From: Candidatus Liptonbacteria bacterium
GTDB taxonomy: Bacteria > Patescibacteriota > Minisyncoccia > UBA6257 > 2-01-FULL-56-20
Reading direction: 5' to 3'
Assembly (NCBI GenBank): GCA_023244895.1
Contig: JAHFLL010000001.1
Coordinates: forward strand, 83,630 to 147,629
Length of the DNA: 64,000 nt
Positions within the stretch are counted from its first letter, which is position 1. Each line of letters opens with the position of its first letter. Below the pieces are notes generated by a model. That model made no database searches. It saw nothing but the letters and a program-made list of their open reading frames with translations, and was not told the DNA's origin. This document shows, one piece after another, positions 9,454 to 18,302 of this stretch. The position numbers and the translations under genes are program-made.

Positions 9454-9601
9454 GCGCGTAAGTGGCCGCACCCTCCCGGGATGCGGCCACGATATTTAAT
9501 AATCAATTAGGTTGGTATAGATTTTATGCAAAAAGTTACCCCCGGCGCACAGCGTGGCGCCAGGGGTAGGGGACTTATGGACTCTCTCGTAGCGAGGACG
9601 G

Positions 9602-11035
9602 CTAGAGCAGTTTCGCCGCCAGCTCCGCGATCTTGGAGCGAACGACATCGTGCATCGCTAGGTGAGCGAAACAGGGCTGGCCCTTGAATCGTTCCACGAC
9701 CTGCACTAGCCCGTTTGAGAGCGAGTTGATCTCGCTACGGTCAATCTGGTCGGGGTCGCCCGTGAGGATCACGCGCGAGCCCTCGCCCGCCCGCGTGAGC
9801 ACGAGCTTCATGTCCTCTTGAGTGAGGTTCTGCCCGTCGTCCACAATGATGACGGCTTCGTGGATGGAGCGACCGCGCAGATAGTTAATCGGCGCGATAT
9901 CAAGGGCGTGCGTTTGGAGCAGACTCTCGACAGTCGGATGTGTCGATACCGCTTCTCCTCTGGTCGGTTGATGTTCGCCGACCGAGTTGGTGAAGCGTGT
10001 CGGACCATGCAGTCGGCGCATGATGAAGTCGAGGTTGTCGATGATGGGCCTGGCCCAAGGGGCCATCTTGTCTCCCAGATCTCCCGGGAGAAAGCCCAGT
10101 TCACGGCCCGCCTCGGCGTTGAGGCGGTAGACTTCGATACGCGAAACCTTGTGGCTCCGGAGCATCTTGTAGGCCGACAGGAGCGCAATGAGCGTCTTCC
10201 CCGTGCCGGCGATGCCGCTCAGGCTGGTGATTAGGGTATGATCGTCCATGATCAGGTCGTGCGCACAGAACTGTTCTGCGTTACACGGTCCGAAGCGTTC
10301 TTCCAGCTTGGTGTTGACGCGACGCAAGTAGCCTGGGGTTTCGTGACTCTTGTAGATTCCCCACGCACTCTTGCCCGTGCCGGCGACACAGATCTCACAG
10401 CACTGGTTGGCCATGATCTTACTCACATCTGTGTAGTCGGCCAGGGCACTCACCGGGAGCCGTTGCTCGTGGTGCAGAGTGTTCAGCAACGCTGCCTCGC
10501 CCTCTGGCACCTCAATGCGCAGGCGTCCCGAATAGAATTTCTCGGGAGCCTCCACGGCCCGGTCGCTCCGATAGTCTTCGGCCACGACGCCACGCGCGCG
10601 AGCCTTCATCCGCATCGCGGCATCGCGGGTGACGAGGATGACCCGTTCGTCCGGATGCGCGACCTGGTAGTTGTCAGCCAACATGATAATCGCATCATCG
10701 GCGTAGTCTCGGTTGAATCCGGGCCACGCGCGAGACAGGTCCAGCCTGCCCGCGTCGAATCGCAGCAGTCCTCCGTTCAGAGGGATTCCGTGCTGTAGTT
10801 CGTCGAGAGAGGCCCGCGTCTGAATGTCGTCCAAGAACCTGACCACGTTGCGGGCAGTGTACCCGACACCGTTTGCGGCAGCACGCCGCCGATCAAGTTC
10901 TTGGAGTACGGGGAACGGTATGACAACGACGTTCCCGTTGACCAGGGATTGCACGATTTCGGGCACGGCCACCAGCACGCTGGTGTCCGTAACGTAGGTC
11001 TTCTTCCCTACGTTTCCCGCTTCGCCGCTTAGCAT
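9602..11035 (-). CDS. PIN-domain PhoH-family protein (PhoH2/YlaK-like)
   Basis: YVTDTSVL PIN start, ADDAII, LVTRD; GIAGTGKT Walker A, LGFLPGD, YLRGRS, GDPDQID; AAGGAG SD before ATG 11035. Confidence 0.9.
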   Translation of the reverse strand: MLSGEAGNVGKKTYVTDTSVLVAVPEIVQSLVNGNVVVIPFPVLQELDRRRAAANGVGYTARNVVRFLDDIQTRASLDELQHGIPLNGGLLRFDAGRLDLSRAWPGFNRDYADDAIIMLADNYQVAHPDERVILVTRDAAMRMKARARGVVAEDYRSDRAVEAPEKFYSGRLRIEVPEGEAALLNTLHHEQRLPVSALADYTDVSKIMANQCCEICVAGTGKSAWGIYKSHETPGYLRRVNTKLEERFGPCNAEQFCAHDLIMDDHTLITSLSGIAGTGKTLIALLSAYKMLRSHKVSRIEVYRLNAEAGRELGFLPGDLGDKMAPWARPIIDNLDFIMRRLHGPTRFTNSVGEHQPTRGEAVSTHPTVESLLQTHALDIAPINYLRGRSIHEAVIIVDDGQNLTQEDMKLVLTRAGEGSRVILTGDPDQIDRSEINSLSNGLVQVVERFKGQPCFAHLAMHDVVRSKIAELAAKLL

Positions 11036-11179
11036 GGATTGCTCCTTCGGGTTTGCCAACACTTAAGTTGGGAGGTCCGAGTGCTCGCCTAATACTCCTT
11101 TCCGAGGCTGTCATTTGGTTGGAATGTAAAGGCCTCTGCCCCGAATTATACCCTTATGTAAGTTCAGAAAACAGCTGCC

Positions 11180-11188
11180 TGTGGATAA
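11180..11188 (-). promoter_or_regulatory. DnaA box upstream of the PhoH2 promoter
   Basis: TGTGGATAA (reverse complement TTATCCACA), 29 nt from TATAAT (minus strand, 11145-11150). Confidence 0.55.
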
Positions 11189-11211
11189 GATTTATTGAGG
11201 TTTTATGCGGT

Positions 11212-12189
11212 CTAAAACAATTTTTTCACCTCTTGTAAAGCCCTATTTTTATCCTCTATCCAAACAATATTTTTATCTTTTTTCCACCAAGTCATTTGGC
11301 GTTTGGCGTAGCGCCAAATTTCGGTTTCCAATTTTTGCAACATTTCTTCTTTGGTTATCAGTCCGCGCAGATAGCGAGAGAGGTAGCGATATTCCAAGCC
11401 AAGCTCTTCCATTCTCCGCCAGCTTAATCCATCTTGGTGTAATTTTTTTACCTCTACCAACATGCCTTGGCGCATCCTTTTAATAAGTCGCGCGCGAATT
11501 CTCTCGCGTAGCTTCTCGGGTTTAATCCCAATGCCGAGTTTTAAAATTTTGTTTTGCGAAATTTTATCCTGAGCTTGTCGAAGGATTATGTCTGGGACGG
11601 GCGCGCCGGTTTTGAGGACTATCTCTAAGGCGCGGATGAGGCGACGCGGATTTTTTTGGTCAATATTTTTGGCGCGCGCCGGGTCCAGCTTCTGAAGTTT
11701 TTCGAAAAGTTCCGTGACAGATAATTTTTCCAACTTGGCGCGTAGTTTGGGATCGGGCGGAACGTTTGGCAGGGAGGTGTTATTTATAAGTGCATCAATA
11801 TAGAGTCCGGTACCTCCGCAGATAATCGGCAATTTATTTTTCGCCCAGATTGTTTTGAGCGCTTTGCGTCCGAGCTTCTGGTAGTCGGCTACAGAAAATT
11901 GTTTTTTAGGAGAGGCTACATCAAGCAGATAGTGGGGAATGCCTTTATAGGAGTAGGTAGTAGGTAGAGAGTAGTAGGCAGAGCGATCACGGGGAACTTT
12001 GCCGGTGCCGATATCAAGACCTCGATAAACCTGACGGGAGTCGGCAGAAATAATCTCTGCACCAGATATGCCGTACTTTTTTTGGAATGGTTTACTCTGA
12101 GCGAGCTTGGCGAGTCGAAGGGCCAAATCCGACTTGCCGGAGGCGGTCGGGCCTAAAATAACCAGTATTTTCCTGCTTAAATCACTCAT
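11212..12189 (-). CDS. miaA: tRNA dimethylallyltransferase
   Basis: ILGPTASGKS, ISADSRQVY, GGTGLY, YAKRQMTW; start trimmed to the ATG 7 nt after TGTATAAT. Confidence 0.95.
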   Translation of the reverse strand: MSDLSRKILVILGPTASGKSDLALRLAKLAQSKPFQKKYGISGAEIISADSRQVYRGLDIGTGKVPRDRSAYYSLPTTYSYKGIPHYLLDVASPKKQFSVADYQKLGRKALKTIWAKNKLPIICGGTGLYIDALINNTSLPNVPPDPKLRAKLEKLSVTELFEKLQKLDPARAKNIDQKNPRRLIRALEIVLKTGAPVPDIILRQAQDKISQNKILKLGIGIKPEKLRERIRARLIKRMRQGMLVEVKKLHQDGLSWRRMEELGLEYRYLSRYLRGLITKEEMLQKLETEIWRYAKRQMTWWKKDKNIVWIEDKNRALQEVKKLF

Positions 12190-12288
12190 TTGACTAATTA
12201 TACAAAATGTGATAAAATACGCAATAGCGTCGGTGAGCTGGGGCATAGGGCTCCGGCAATAGTCCGAGGCGGTATATCGGAGTGCGTC

Positions 12289-12684
12289 ATGACTGATGCT
12301 ATCGTGTTTGTGATCACGGCGTTCATGGTCGGCGGAGAGGTCTTCATGGCGGCATGGGGGATTTTCTCCTGGACATGCGTTGTGGCGTGGCTCGCTGTGA
12401 TGCTCTATCTCACCTGGGACATCTGGGGCGCCCGGGTCGTAGAGCTCCAGCGGGATCTCGTGGCCGAGTTGGAGGAAGGCACGCCGCCCGACTTCAGCTC
12501 GCAACGAGTACTCCCGCCAAGTAGGTGGGACATCGTCCATTTCGCTGGCGTGGACGAGCAGGGGCAGGCGAAGTTCGACTACCCCCTCCTTTCCGCGTTT
12601 GCCGCCTGGCTCCGCCACCACATTGTGATTGGCGGTGGTCGCTGGCGGTACGGCGACACGTTCCCGCCGGACGGCAGCCGGTAG
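12289..12684 (+). CDS. Orphan membrane protein (2 TM), array unit 1
   Basis: TTGACT-17-TAAAAT promoter 12190-12218, GGAG SD, hairpin ggggtcca/tggacccc downstream. Confidence 0.65.
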   Translation: MTDAIVFVITAFMVGGEVFMAAWGIFSWTCVVAWLAVMLYLTWDIWGARVVELQRDLVAELEEGTPPDFSSQRVLPPSRWDIVHFAGVDEQGQAKFDYPLLSAFAAWLRHHIVIGGGRWRYGDTFPPDGSR

Positions 12685-12798
12685 CCCCACTGAGACGGGG
12701 CAATAGTGACTGGGGTCCAACGTGGACCCCTTTCGCATTTTTATATTTGACTAAAGTGGAAAGCGGGCATAGTTTTTAAATCAGGAAAGGAGACGGCG

Positions 12799-12906
12799 AT
12801 GTTTCAAGCAGGCAACTCCTCGGACCCATGGGTCGTATTCGCGTTTGTGGTAATGGCGATTTTGGCCTGGGTTGTTCGCCGAATTGATCGGCGGAAAGGA
12901 GGATAG
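12799..12906 (+). CDS. Small single-TM protein MFQAGNSSDPWVVFAFVVMAILAWVVRRIDRRKGG (35 aa), array unit 2a
   Basis: TTGACT-17-TAGTTT promoter, AAAGGAG SD, hydrophobic helix with basic tail; not in the ORF track. Confidence 0.65.
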   Translation: MFQAGNSSDPWVVFAFVVMAILAWVVRRIDRRKGG

Positions 12907-12907
12907 A

Positions 12908-13099
12908 ATGCAGCCGCCCACAGAGTTCAGGTTGGAAAACGTTCTGGCGGCTACGGGCCTCTTCGTTGCCTGGCTGGTCGGCAATCTCATAGCCGACTGT
13001 CGGGCGAGACGGAGAAGGACGAATGTGCCGAAACGTGGAAGCGGGCACGCTCCGCACGAACACTGCGAACACGAATGCGAGGAAAAGCGTGAAAGCTAG
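12908..13099 (+). CDS. Small single-TM protein with His/Cys/Glu-rich tail, array unit 2b
   Basis: AAAGGAGGA SD; TM then RARRRR; tail HAPHEHCEHECEE; hairpin gggcgagtcgg/ccgactcgccc. Confidence 0.6.
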   Translation: MQPPTEFRLENVLAATGLFVAWLVGNLIADCRARRRRTNVPKRGSGHAPHEHCEHECEEKRES

Positions 13100-13243
13100 G
13101 GGGCGAGTCGGAGAGCCGACTCGCCCTTACACATTTAATAATTTGACAAAGATTCGGAATAGTATTTGGATAGGGATAGCTTACTGCTCCGACGCTTTCG
13201 TGGGCCTTGGGGCAAATCTAGTGGGCGGAAGGGAGGGATCTCC

Positions 13244-13378
13244 GTGATGTTGGCAGTCGCACTCTCGAGCGTCCCGATGTGGGCATGGCCAGTCATCGCC
13301 ATCGTGGCCGTCGTGGCTGCCGCTGTGGTTGCGCGGTTTTTCAGCGGCAGGAACTCGTCCACGAACCACGTCGCGTGA
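13244..13378 (+). CDS. Small single-TM protein, array unit 3
   Basis: TTGACA 13143, GGAGGG SD, helix WAWPVIAIVAVVAAAVVARFF, nested hairpin 13388-13432. Confidence 0.6.
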   Translation: MMLAVALSSVPMWAWPVIAIVAVVAAAVVARFFSGRNSSTNHVA

Positions 13379-13527
13379 CACAGCAAGGGGGGCCGGAGGA
13401 AGCGTGCGTATGCACGCTCGCCAATGGCCCCCCGATCAATTTCAATAATCGGATTGACGGATAGTCTTTTTTATACTTTCATATAGCGAGCGCACAATCA
13501 TCGCCACCTCGCCTCAAGGAGGTCGGA

Positions 13528-13815
13528 ATGGGTTTGATCTTGGTATATGCGATCGCACTGTATGCGATCATCGCCTTCGTGCACGGAGCACAAGGTGGAA
13601 ATCGGGAAGATGTGAACGAAGAATCCGCACGTCCGCCGCTCTGGTGGATAGCGATCCACACTCTCGGAAGCTGGCTGGCTCTCCAGCCAAAGCTCTTCCC
13701 GGAGCGTTGGTGCGAATTCGTGTGTCGGTTCAAGATGTTGCGCGGGTCTCTGTGTCGGCGAATGACGGAGGTCGTCCGTCGTGGCTGGCACCTGATTGGT
13801 GCGAACATAGAATGA
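13528..13815 (+). CDS. Orphan membrane protein, array unit 4
   Basis: TTGACG 13454, AAGGAGGT SD, N-terminal TM, hairpin directly after the stop. Confidence 0.65.
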   Translation: MGLILVYAIALYAIIAFVHGAQGGNREDVNEESARPPLWWIAIHTLGSWLALQPKLFPERWCEFVCRFKMLRGSLCRRMTEVVRRGWHLIGANIE

Positions 13816-13939
13816 AGGGGCTTCCGGCACGCGTCGGCGGTCCCTTTCTGTTTTGACTAATCAGCCATTTTGTTTTTATATATAGTCAGCACGTATCTTC
13901 CGGTGTGCTACGCACCGGAGTTGCCGTTTTGGAGGACAC

Positions 13940-14476
13940 ATGACCGGCGAAGTTCTAGTAGCAGTTCTGCTGGGCGTAATCATGGGGGTCGCAATTCTGG
14001 GCTCAATGGACCGTGCCACCTGGCGGCGAGTCTGGGACGAGATCTTCGCCGACGCCTGGTGCGTCCAGGCCACGAAGAACACCTACGAGTCCGTTGTGGG
14101 TGCGATTCTGTGGCTCGGGGTCATGGTGGCGGGTCTCGCTATTCAAGCGGCGGGGTCGGTGCGGGCATGGTGGCGAGAGAAAGTATTTGTGCCACCGCGC
14201 GTTGCCATCAAAACGTTCGCGGACGCGACGGGTCGCGAAGGCGAGAACACTATGGTGTTCATCTCCGAGGTGGGCATCCTGGTCTGGCGGCTGTTGCTTT
14301 GGCTCGCGATAGCAGCTGTCGCGAGCGTTTTCCGCCAGCTCCTCGCTGAGCGGGCAGAGACAAAACGGGTTTTCGCCACATTTGCCGACTCCATAGAGGC
14401 GGACGACCACTTCTGTGCGACGACCCTAACCAATCGGCAGGATGCCGCTTGCGAAGCCGTGAGGTCAGTCAAGTAG
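13940..14476 (+). CDS. Orphan membrane protein (3 hydrophobic segments), array unit 5
   Basis: TTGACT 13853, GGAGGA SD, hairpin ggggctccg/cggagcccc. Confidence 0.65.
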   Translation: MTGEVLVAVLLGVIMGVAILGSMDRATWRRVWDEIFADAWCVQATKNTYESVVGAILWLGVMVAGLAIQAAGSVRAWWREKVFVPPRVAIKTFADATGREGENTMVFISEVGILVWRLLLWLAIAAVASVFRQLLAERAETKRVFATFADSIEADDHFCATTLTNRQDAACEAVRSVK

Positions 14477-14627
14477 ACCAGTCTGGGGCTCCGCGTATGT
14501 CGGAGCCCCTTACGCTTTTCACTCATCTTTATAGAATCAATAGGGGTATCTCACGAGATGGGACTAAACAGTAACTCCTATTATTTTTAGAACTAAAACA
14601 TAGCGTCATGGTGGGTCCCGCCCGGCC

Positions 14628-16433
14628 TCACAAAGACTTCTCCTTGTATTCTTTCTCTATTTCCTCTGCCAATTTTTCTATTTTCATTTCTCCTACCTGT
14701 CCCTTCTTGTAATGCCTGATGCTTACCGTGTTCGTACCTTCTTCTTTTTCGCCAACAACTAAAACGTAGGGTATCTTTTCCATATCCGCGGTGCGGATTC
14801 TCTTGCCCAGAGTCTCGTTCGCGTCGCGCAATTCCACCCGGATATTTTTTTCGCGCATGGCCTCCGCCACTTTTTCGGCATACGCCGCGAACTTTTCTCC
14901 GACTGGCAGAATTGCGACTTGCACCGGCGCGAGCCAGAGAGGGAATGCGCCCGCGTAGCGCTCTATCAGGAATGCCATGGTGCGCTCAAAGCAGCCGATA
15001 GAGGAGCGGTGAATCACGATAGGCTGTTGTTCTTTGCCCTGCTCGTCGGTATAAACCAATTCAAAACGTTTTGGCATTACGAAGTCATACTGCACTGTAA
15101 AGGCGGTCTCTTCCTGGCCGCTGACCTTCTTCATCTGCACGTCAATCTTAGGACCATAGAACGCCGCCTCACCTTCCGCTTCAAAGAAGGGCGCTTTCAT
15201 TTCTTTGAGCACGCTACGCAAAACACCCTCCGCTTTTTCCCAGGCCTTGTCGTCCTTGTAGTATTTCTTGGAATCCTTGCGGTCGCCGAGCGATAGACGG
15301 TAGCGATAATCAACTCCCTTCTCCAAACCAAATACTTTATTAGCGTAATCTATCAGATCTAAAACCCGTTTTATTTCATCCTTAGCCTTTTCTGCGGGAA
15401 CGACAATATGCGCGTCCGCCAAGCAGAACATTCTTACCCTCATTAAGCCGGTCAGCTCACCGCTTTTTTCGTAGCGGAATTGGCTGGCTATCTCCGCGAT
15501 GCGCATAGGTAATTCGCGGTAACTACGCGGCTTGCTCTTATAAAGCATAAAGTGGTGTGGACAGGTCATGGGACGCAGTATTAATTGGTCGTTGTCCACC
15601 TGCATGACCGGATACATTGTATTTTTATAATAGGGGTAGTGTCCGGACTTCTGATAGAGTTCCACTTTCGCGAGCGGGGGAGTGATAACGTGCTGATAAC
15701 CCCACTTGGTTTCGGTTTCGTACACGAATTTTTCCAGCTCTTTTCTGATGACGGTGCCCTTGGGGGTGAGGAGCGGCAAGCCCTTGCCGACTATGTCGGA
15801 AAAAACAAACAGATCTAAATCCGCGCCCAGTTTGCGATGGTCTCGCTTCCTGGCTTCTTCCAGTCGCGCTACGCATTCCTCCAGCTCTTTCTTGCTGTTA
15901 AATGCCAAGCCGTAGATACGGGTCAGCATTTTTTTCTTTTCGTCGCCTCGCCAGTAAGCGCCGGCAATCTTCTCCAGCTTAAAACCGTGCGGGTCTATCT
16001 CGGCCGGGGGCAGGTCGTGTCCGCCTTTGCACAAATCTATAAATCCTCCGCAAGTGAAAAAAGTTAGAGTTTTTTTCTCGCGCGCGAATTCTTCCGCGAG
16101 CTCAATCTTATATTTATTCCAACCAAACTCTTTTTTGACCTCGCGCAGGGTTACGATTTTTTTAGTCCACTTGGTCCAACGGGGAAGCAGTTCCCGCATT
16201 TTAGCCTCAATCTTGGGTAGGTCCGCATCGGAAATAGTTTTTGACATCTCAAAGTCCTGGTAGAAGCCGTTTTCTACGGCTGGTCCGATCGCGTTCATAG
16301 AGCCGGGGTAGAGCTCGCGCACGGCGGCGGCCAAAAGGTGCGCCAAGGAATGGCGCACGCCTTCCAGTTGCAGTTCGCTGGAACTCTCCCTTGCCGGCTT
16401 GCTTGCTGATTTCTTTACGGATTGTTTTTTCAT
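14628..16433 (-). CDS. thrS: Threonine--tRNA ligase (no N-terminal TGS domain)
   Basis: RHSLAH, DLCKGGH, GAYWRGD, RDHRKLG, RPMTCPHH, AAFYGPKID. Confidence 0.97.
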   Translation of the reverse strand: MKKQSVKKSASKPARESSSELQLEGVRHSLAHLLAAAVRELYPGSMNAIGPAVENGFYQDFEMSKTISDADLPKIEAKMRELLPRWTKWTKKIVTLREVKKEFGWNKYKIELAEEFAREKKTLTFFTCGGFIDLCKGGHDLPPAEIDPHGFKLEKIAGAYWRGDEKKKMLTRIYGLAFNSKKELEECVARLEEARKRDHRKLGADLDLFVFSDIVGKGLPLLTPKGTVIRKELEKFVYETETKWGYQHVITPPLAKVELYQKSGHYPYYKNTMYPVMQVDNDQLILRPMTCPHHFMLYKSKPRSYRELPMRIAEIASQFRYEKSGELTGLMRVRMFCLADAHIVVPAEKAKDEIKRVLDLIDYANKVFGLEKGVDYRYRLSLGDRKDSKKYYKDDKAWEKAEGVLRSVLKEMKAPFFEAEGEAAFYGPKIDVQMKKVSGQEETAFTVQYDFVMPKRFELVYTDEQGKEQQPIVIHRSSIGCFERTMAFLIERYAGAFPLWLAPVQVAILPVGEKFAAYAEKVAEAMREKNIRVELRDANETLGKRIRTADMEKIPYVLVVGEKEEGTNTVSIRHYKKGQVGEMKIEKLAEEIEKEYKEKSL

Positions 16434-16474
16434 ATTTGTAGTTTAGATTGTTTTATTATGCCCTATAAGCGCCC

Positions 16475-16536
16475 AAACAAAAAGTCCTCCGCAGGAGGCT
16501 TCTCGTGGCATCGATTCACTTCTCCACAAAAAGCCC
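16475..16536 (-). terminator. Attenuator with mutually exclusive antiterminator and terminator
   Basis: Minus strand: gggctttttgtgg pairs with ccacgagaagcct, which overlaps the terminator aagcctcc-tgc-ggaggactttttgttt. Confidence 0.75.
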
Positions 16537-16538
16537 GC

Positions 16539-16589
16539 CTAGGGAGGCGTAGTAGTTGCGGTAGTAGTTTTGCGAATTTCGACCGTCAT
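16539..16589 (-). CDS. Thr-rich leader peptide MTVEIRKTTTATTTPP upstream of thrS
   Basis: 7 Thr in 16 codons; ATG 6 nt after a TTGACA-16-TAAATT promoter; followed by attenuator hairpins. Confidence 0.82.
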   Translation of the reverse strand: MTVEIRKTTTATTTPP

Positions 16590-16689
16590 AACCCCAATTT
16601 ACCGCCTCGGGGCTACCTGTCAATCTATTTCTGGGGATTTGACAAAGAGCACTTTAATATGTTTATTATAGTGTCAGGAGGACGCGAGC

Positions 16690-16911
16690 ATGCAACACAA
16701 GTCGTCATGTGAGATTCTGGGCCACCACGCCGATCCCAAGCTCGGAGAGGCTTGGAGGAGGGCGTCAAGCTTGAGCCAAGAGGCGATACTTCTCGCCCAA
16801 GCACAGGACGAAGCTGGACTGGCGGAGAACCTTGAGGCTCAGGACGCAAACCGAGCCGAGGTAAACCGCCTCGAGGCCGAGGGTTGCACCTGTGGCGCAG
16901 CCAACCGCTAG
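16690..16911 (+). CDS. Small orphan protein with H-x3-C ... CxCG putative metal site
   Basis: TTGACA 16639, AGGAGGA SD, hairpin ggggcgcac/gtgcgcctc. Confidence 0.65.
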   Translation: MQHKSSCEILGHHADPKLGEAWRRASSLSQEAILLAQAQDEAGLAENLEAQDANRAEVNRLEAEGCTCGAANR

Positions 16912-17024
16912 GGCGGGAAGCAGGAAAAGGGGCGCACGCGTCGTGCGCCTCGAACTTTTATAAGAGGACTCCGAATCCCCAAAAACGTCTTCACGTGGCG
17001 GGGATAGTGAGTTATGATAGTTCC

Positions 17025-18302
17025 ATGCTTGACGTAGAGCTTTTGCGCAACGAATCCGAACGGGTTAAAAGCCTGATAAAGACCAAAAACGCCGACCCCA
17101 AAATGGTGGACGAGTTTTTGAGGTTGGACACGGAATGGCGCAACCTAACCAAAGAAGCGGATGATCTGCGCGCCTTACAGAACCAGCTTTCTAAAGAACG
17201 TAAAATTGAAGAAGCTAAGGCTAATAAGGAAAAAATAAAAGCGACCGAAGAGAAGATTGCCGCGCTGGAGAACGAGCGCGCGGTAGTATGGAAAAAAATA
17301 CCCAACCTGCCCAGCGAAGACTCGCCCATTGGAAAGGATGACTCCTCAAACGGAGTGGTAAGGGTAACGGGCCAGCCCAGAGAGTTTGATTTTGAACCCA
17401 AGGACCACCTTACTCTAGGGGAGAGGTTGGGAGTAATAGATATAGACACCGCTGCCAAGGTAACGGGCACGCGTTTCGGATATATTAAGGGTGACTTGGC
17501 TATTTTGGAATTAGCTTTAGTGCAATATGCGACCGAGATACTGCATAATCCCGCCATAGTGCGCTCCATCGCGGAGAGCGCGAAAGCCGGTTATAACTCC
17601 AAGCCATTTCTATCTGTTATCCCACCGGTAATGATTCGGCCGGAAGTGATGGATAGAATGGCGCGCTTGGAGCCAAAGGAGGAACGTTACTATATCCCGA
17701 GCGACGACCTTTATTTGGTTGGTAGCGCCGAGCATACCTTGGGACCAATGCACATGGATCAGGTCATTCCCGAGAGCGAATTTCCCCTGCGCTACCTAGG
17801 ATTTTCTACCGCCTTTCGGCGGGAGGCCGGTAGCTATGGCAAAGATACTCGCGGCATTTTGCGCGTGCATCAATTTGATAAGTTAGAAATGGAGTCATTT
17901 ACTTTGCCGGAAGATGGAATGAATGAGCAGAATTTCTTTATAGCGATTCAGGAGTACTTGATGTGGTCGTTGGAGCTGCCACATCGCATAGTTATCTGCT
18001 CCACCGGCGACCAGGGCGATCCGGACACGCGTCATTTAGACCTAGAGACCTGGTTGCCTAGCGAGAAAAAATATCGCGAGACCCACTCTGCGGATTATAT
18101 GGGCGATTATCAGGCCCGGCGCCTGGGCACGAAGGTTAAGCGTGCGGATGGTCGGACGGAATTCGTGCACATGAACGACGCTACAGTTTTCGCAATTGGG
18201 CGGACGCTTATCGCTATCATGGAGAACTATCAGACCAAGGAGGGCAAAATAATGATTCCTAAAATTTTGCAGCGCTATGTCGGCAAGGAAATCATTGGTT
18301 AA
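17025..18302 (+). CDS. serS: Serine--tRNA ligase
   Basis: MLDVELLR, IPNLP, FRREAGSYGKDTRGILRVHQFDK; leaderless start after TTCACG-17-TATGAT. Confidence 0.97.
   Translation: MLDVELLRNESERVKSLIKTKNADPKMVDEFLRLDTEWRNLTKEADDLRALQNQLSKERKIEEAKANKEKIKATEEKIAALENERAVVWKKIPNLPSEDSPIGKDDSSNGVVRVTGQPREFDFEPKDHLTLGERLGVIDIDTAAKVTGTRFGYIKGDLAILELALVQYATEILHNPAIVRSIAESAKAGYNSKPFLSVIPPVMIRPEVMDRMARLEPKEERYYIPSDDLYLVGSAEHTLGPMHMDQVIPESEFPLRYLGFSTAFRREAGSYGKDTRGILRVHQFDKLEMESFTLPEDGMNEQNFFIAIQEYLMWSLELPHRIVICSTGDQGDPDTRHLDLETWLPSEKKYRETHSADYMGDYQARRLGTKVKRADGRTEFVHMNDATVFAIGRTLIAIMENYQTKEGKIMIPKILQRYVGKEIIG

Noticed and set aside
12190-12738. 182-aa N-terminal extension of MiaA in the ORF track
   Set aside because: It is the antisense of array unit 1; MiaA similarity and a -10 box place the start at 12189
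12190-14520. Array as a classical integron
   Set aside because: No intI and no RYYYAAC/GTTRRRY attC boxes seen; units carry their own promoter-like elements
16884-17024. N-terminal extension of SerS
   Set aside because: It spans a terminator-like hairpin and the promoter; the real start is ATG 17025
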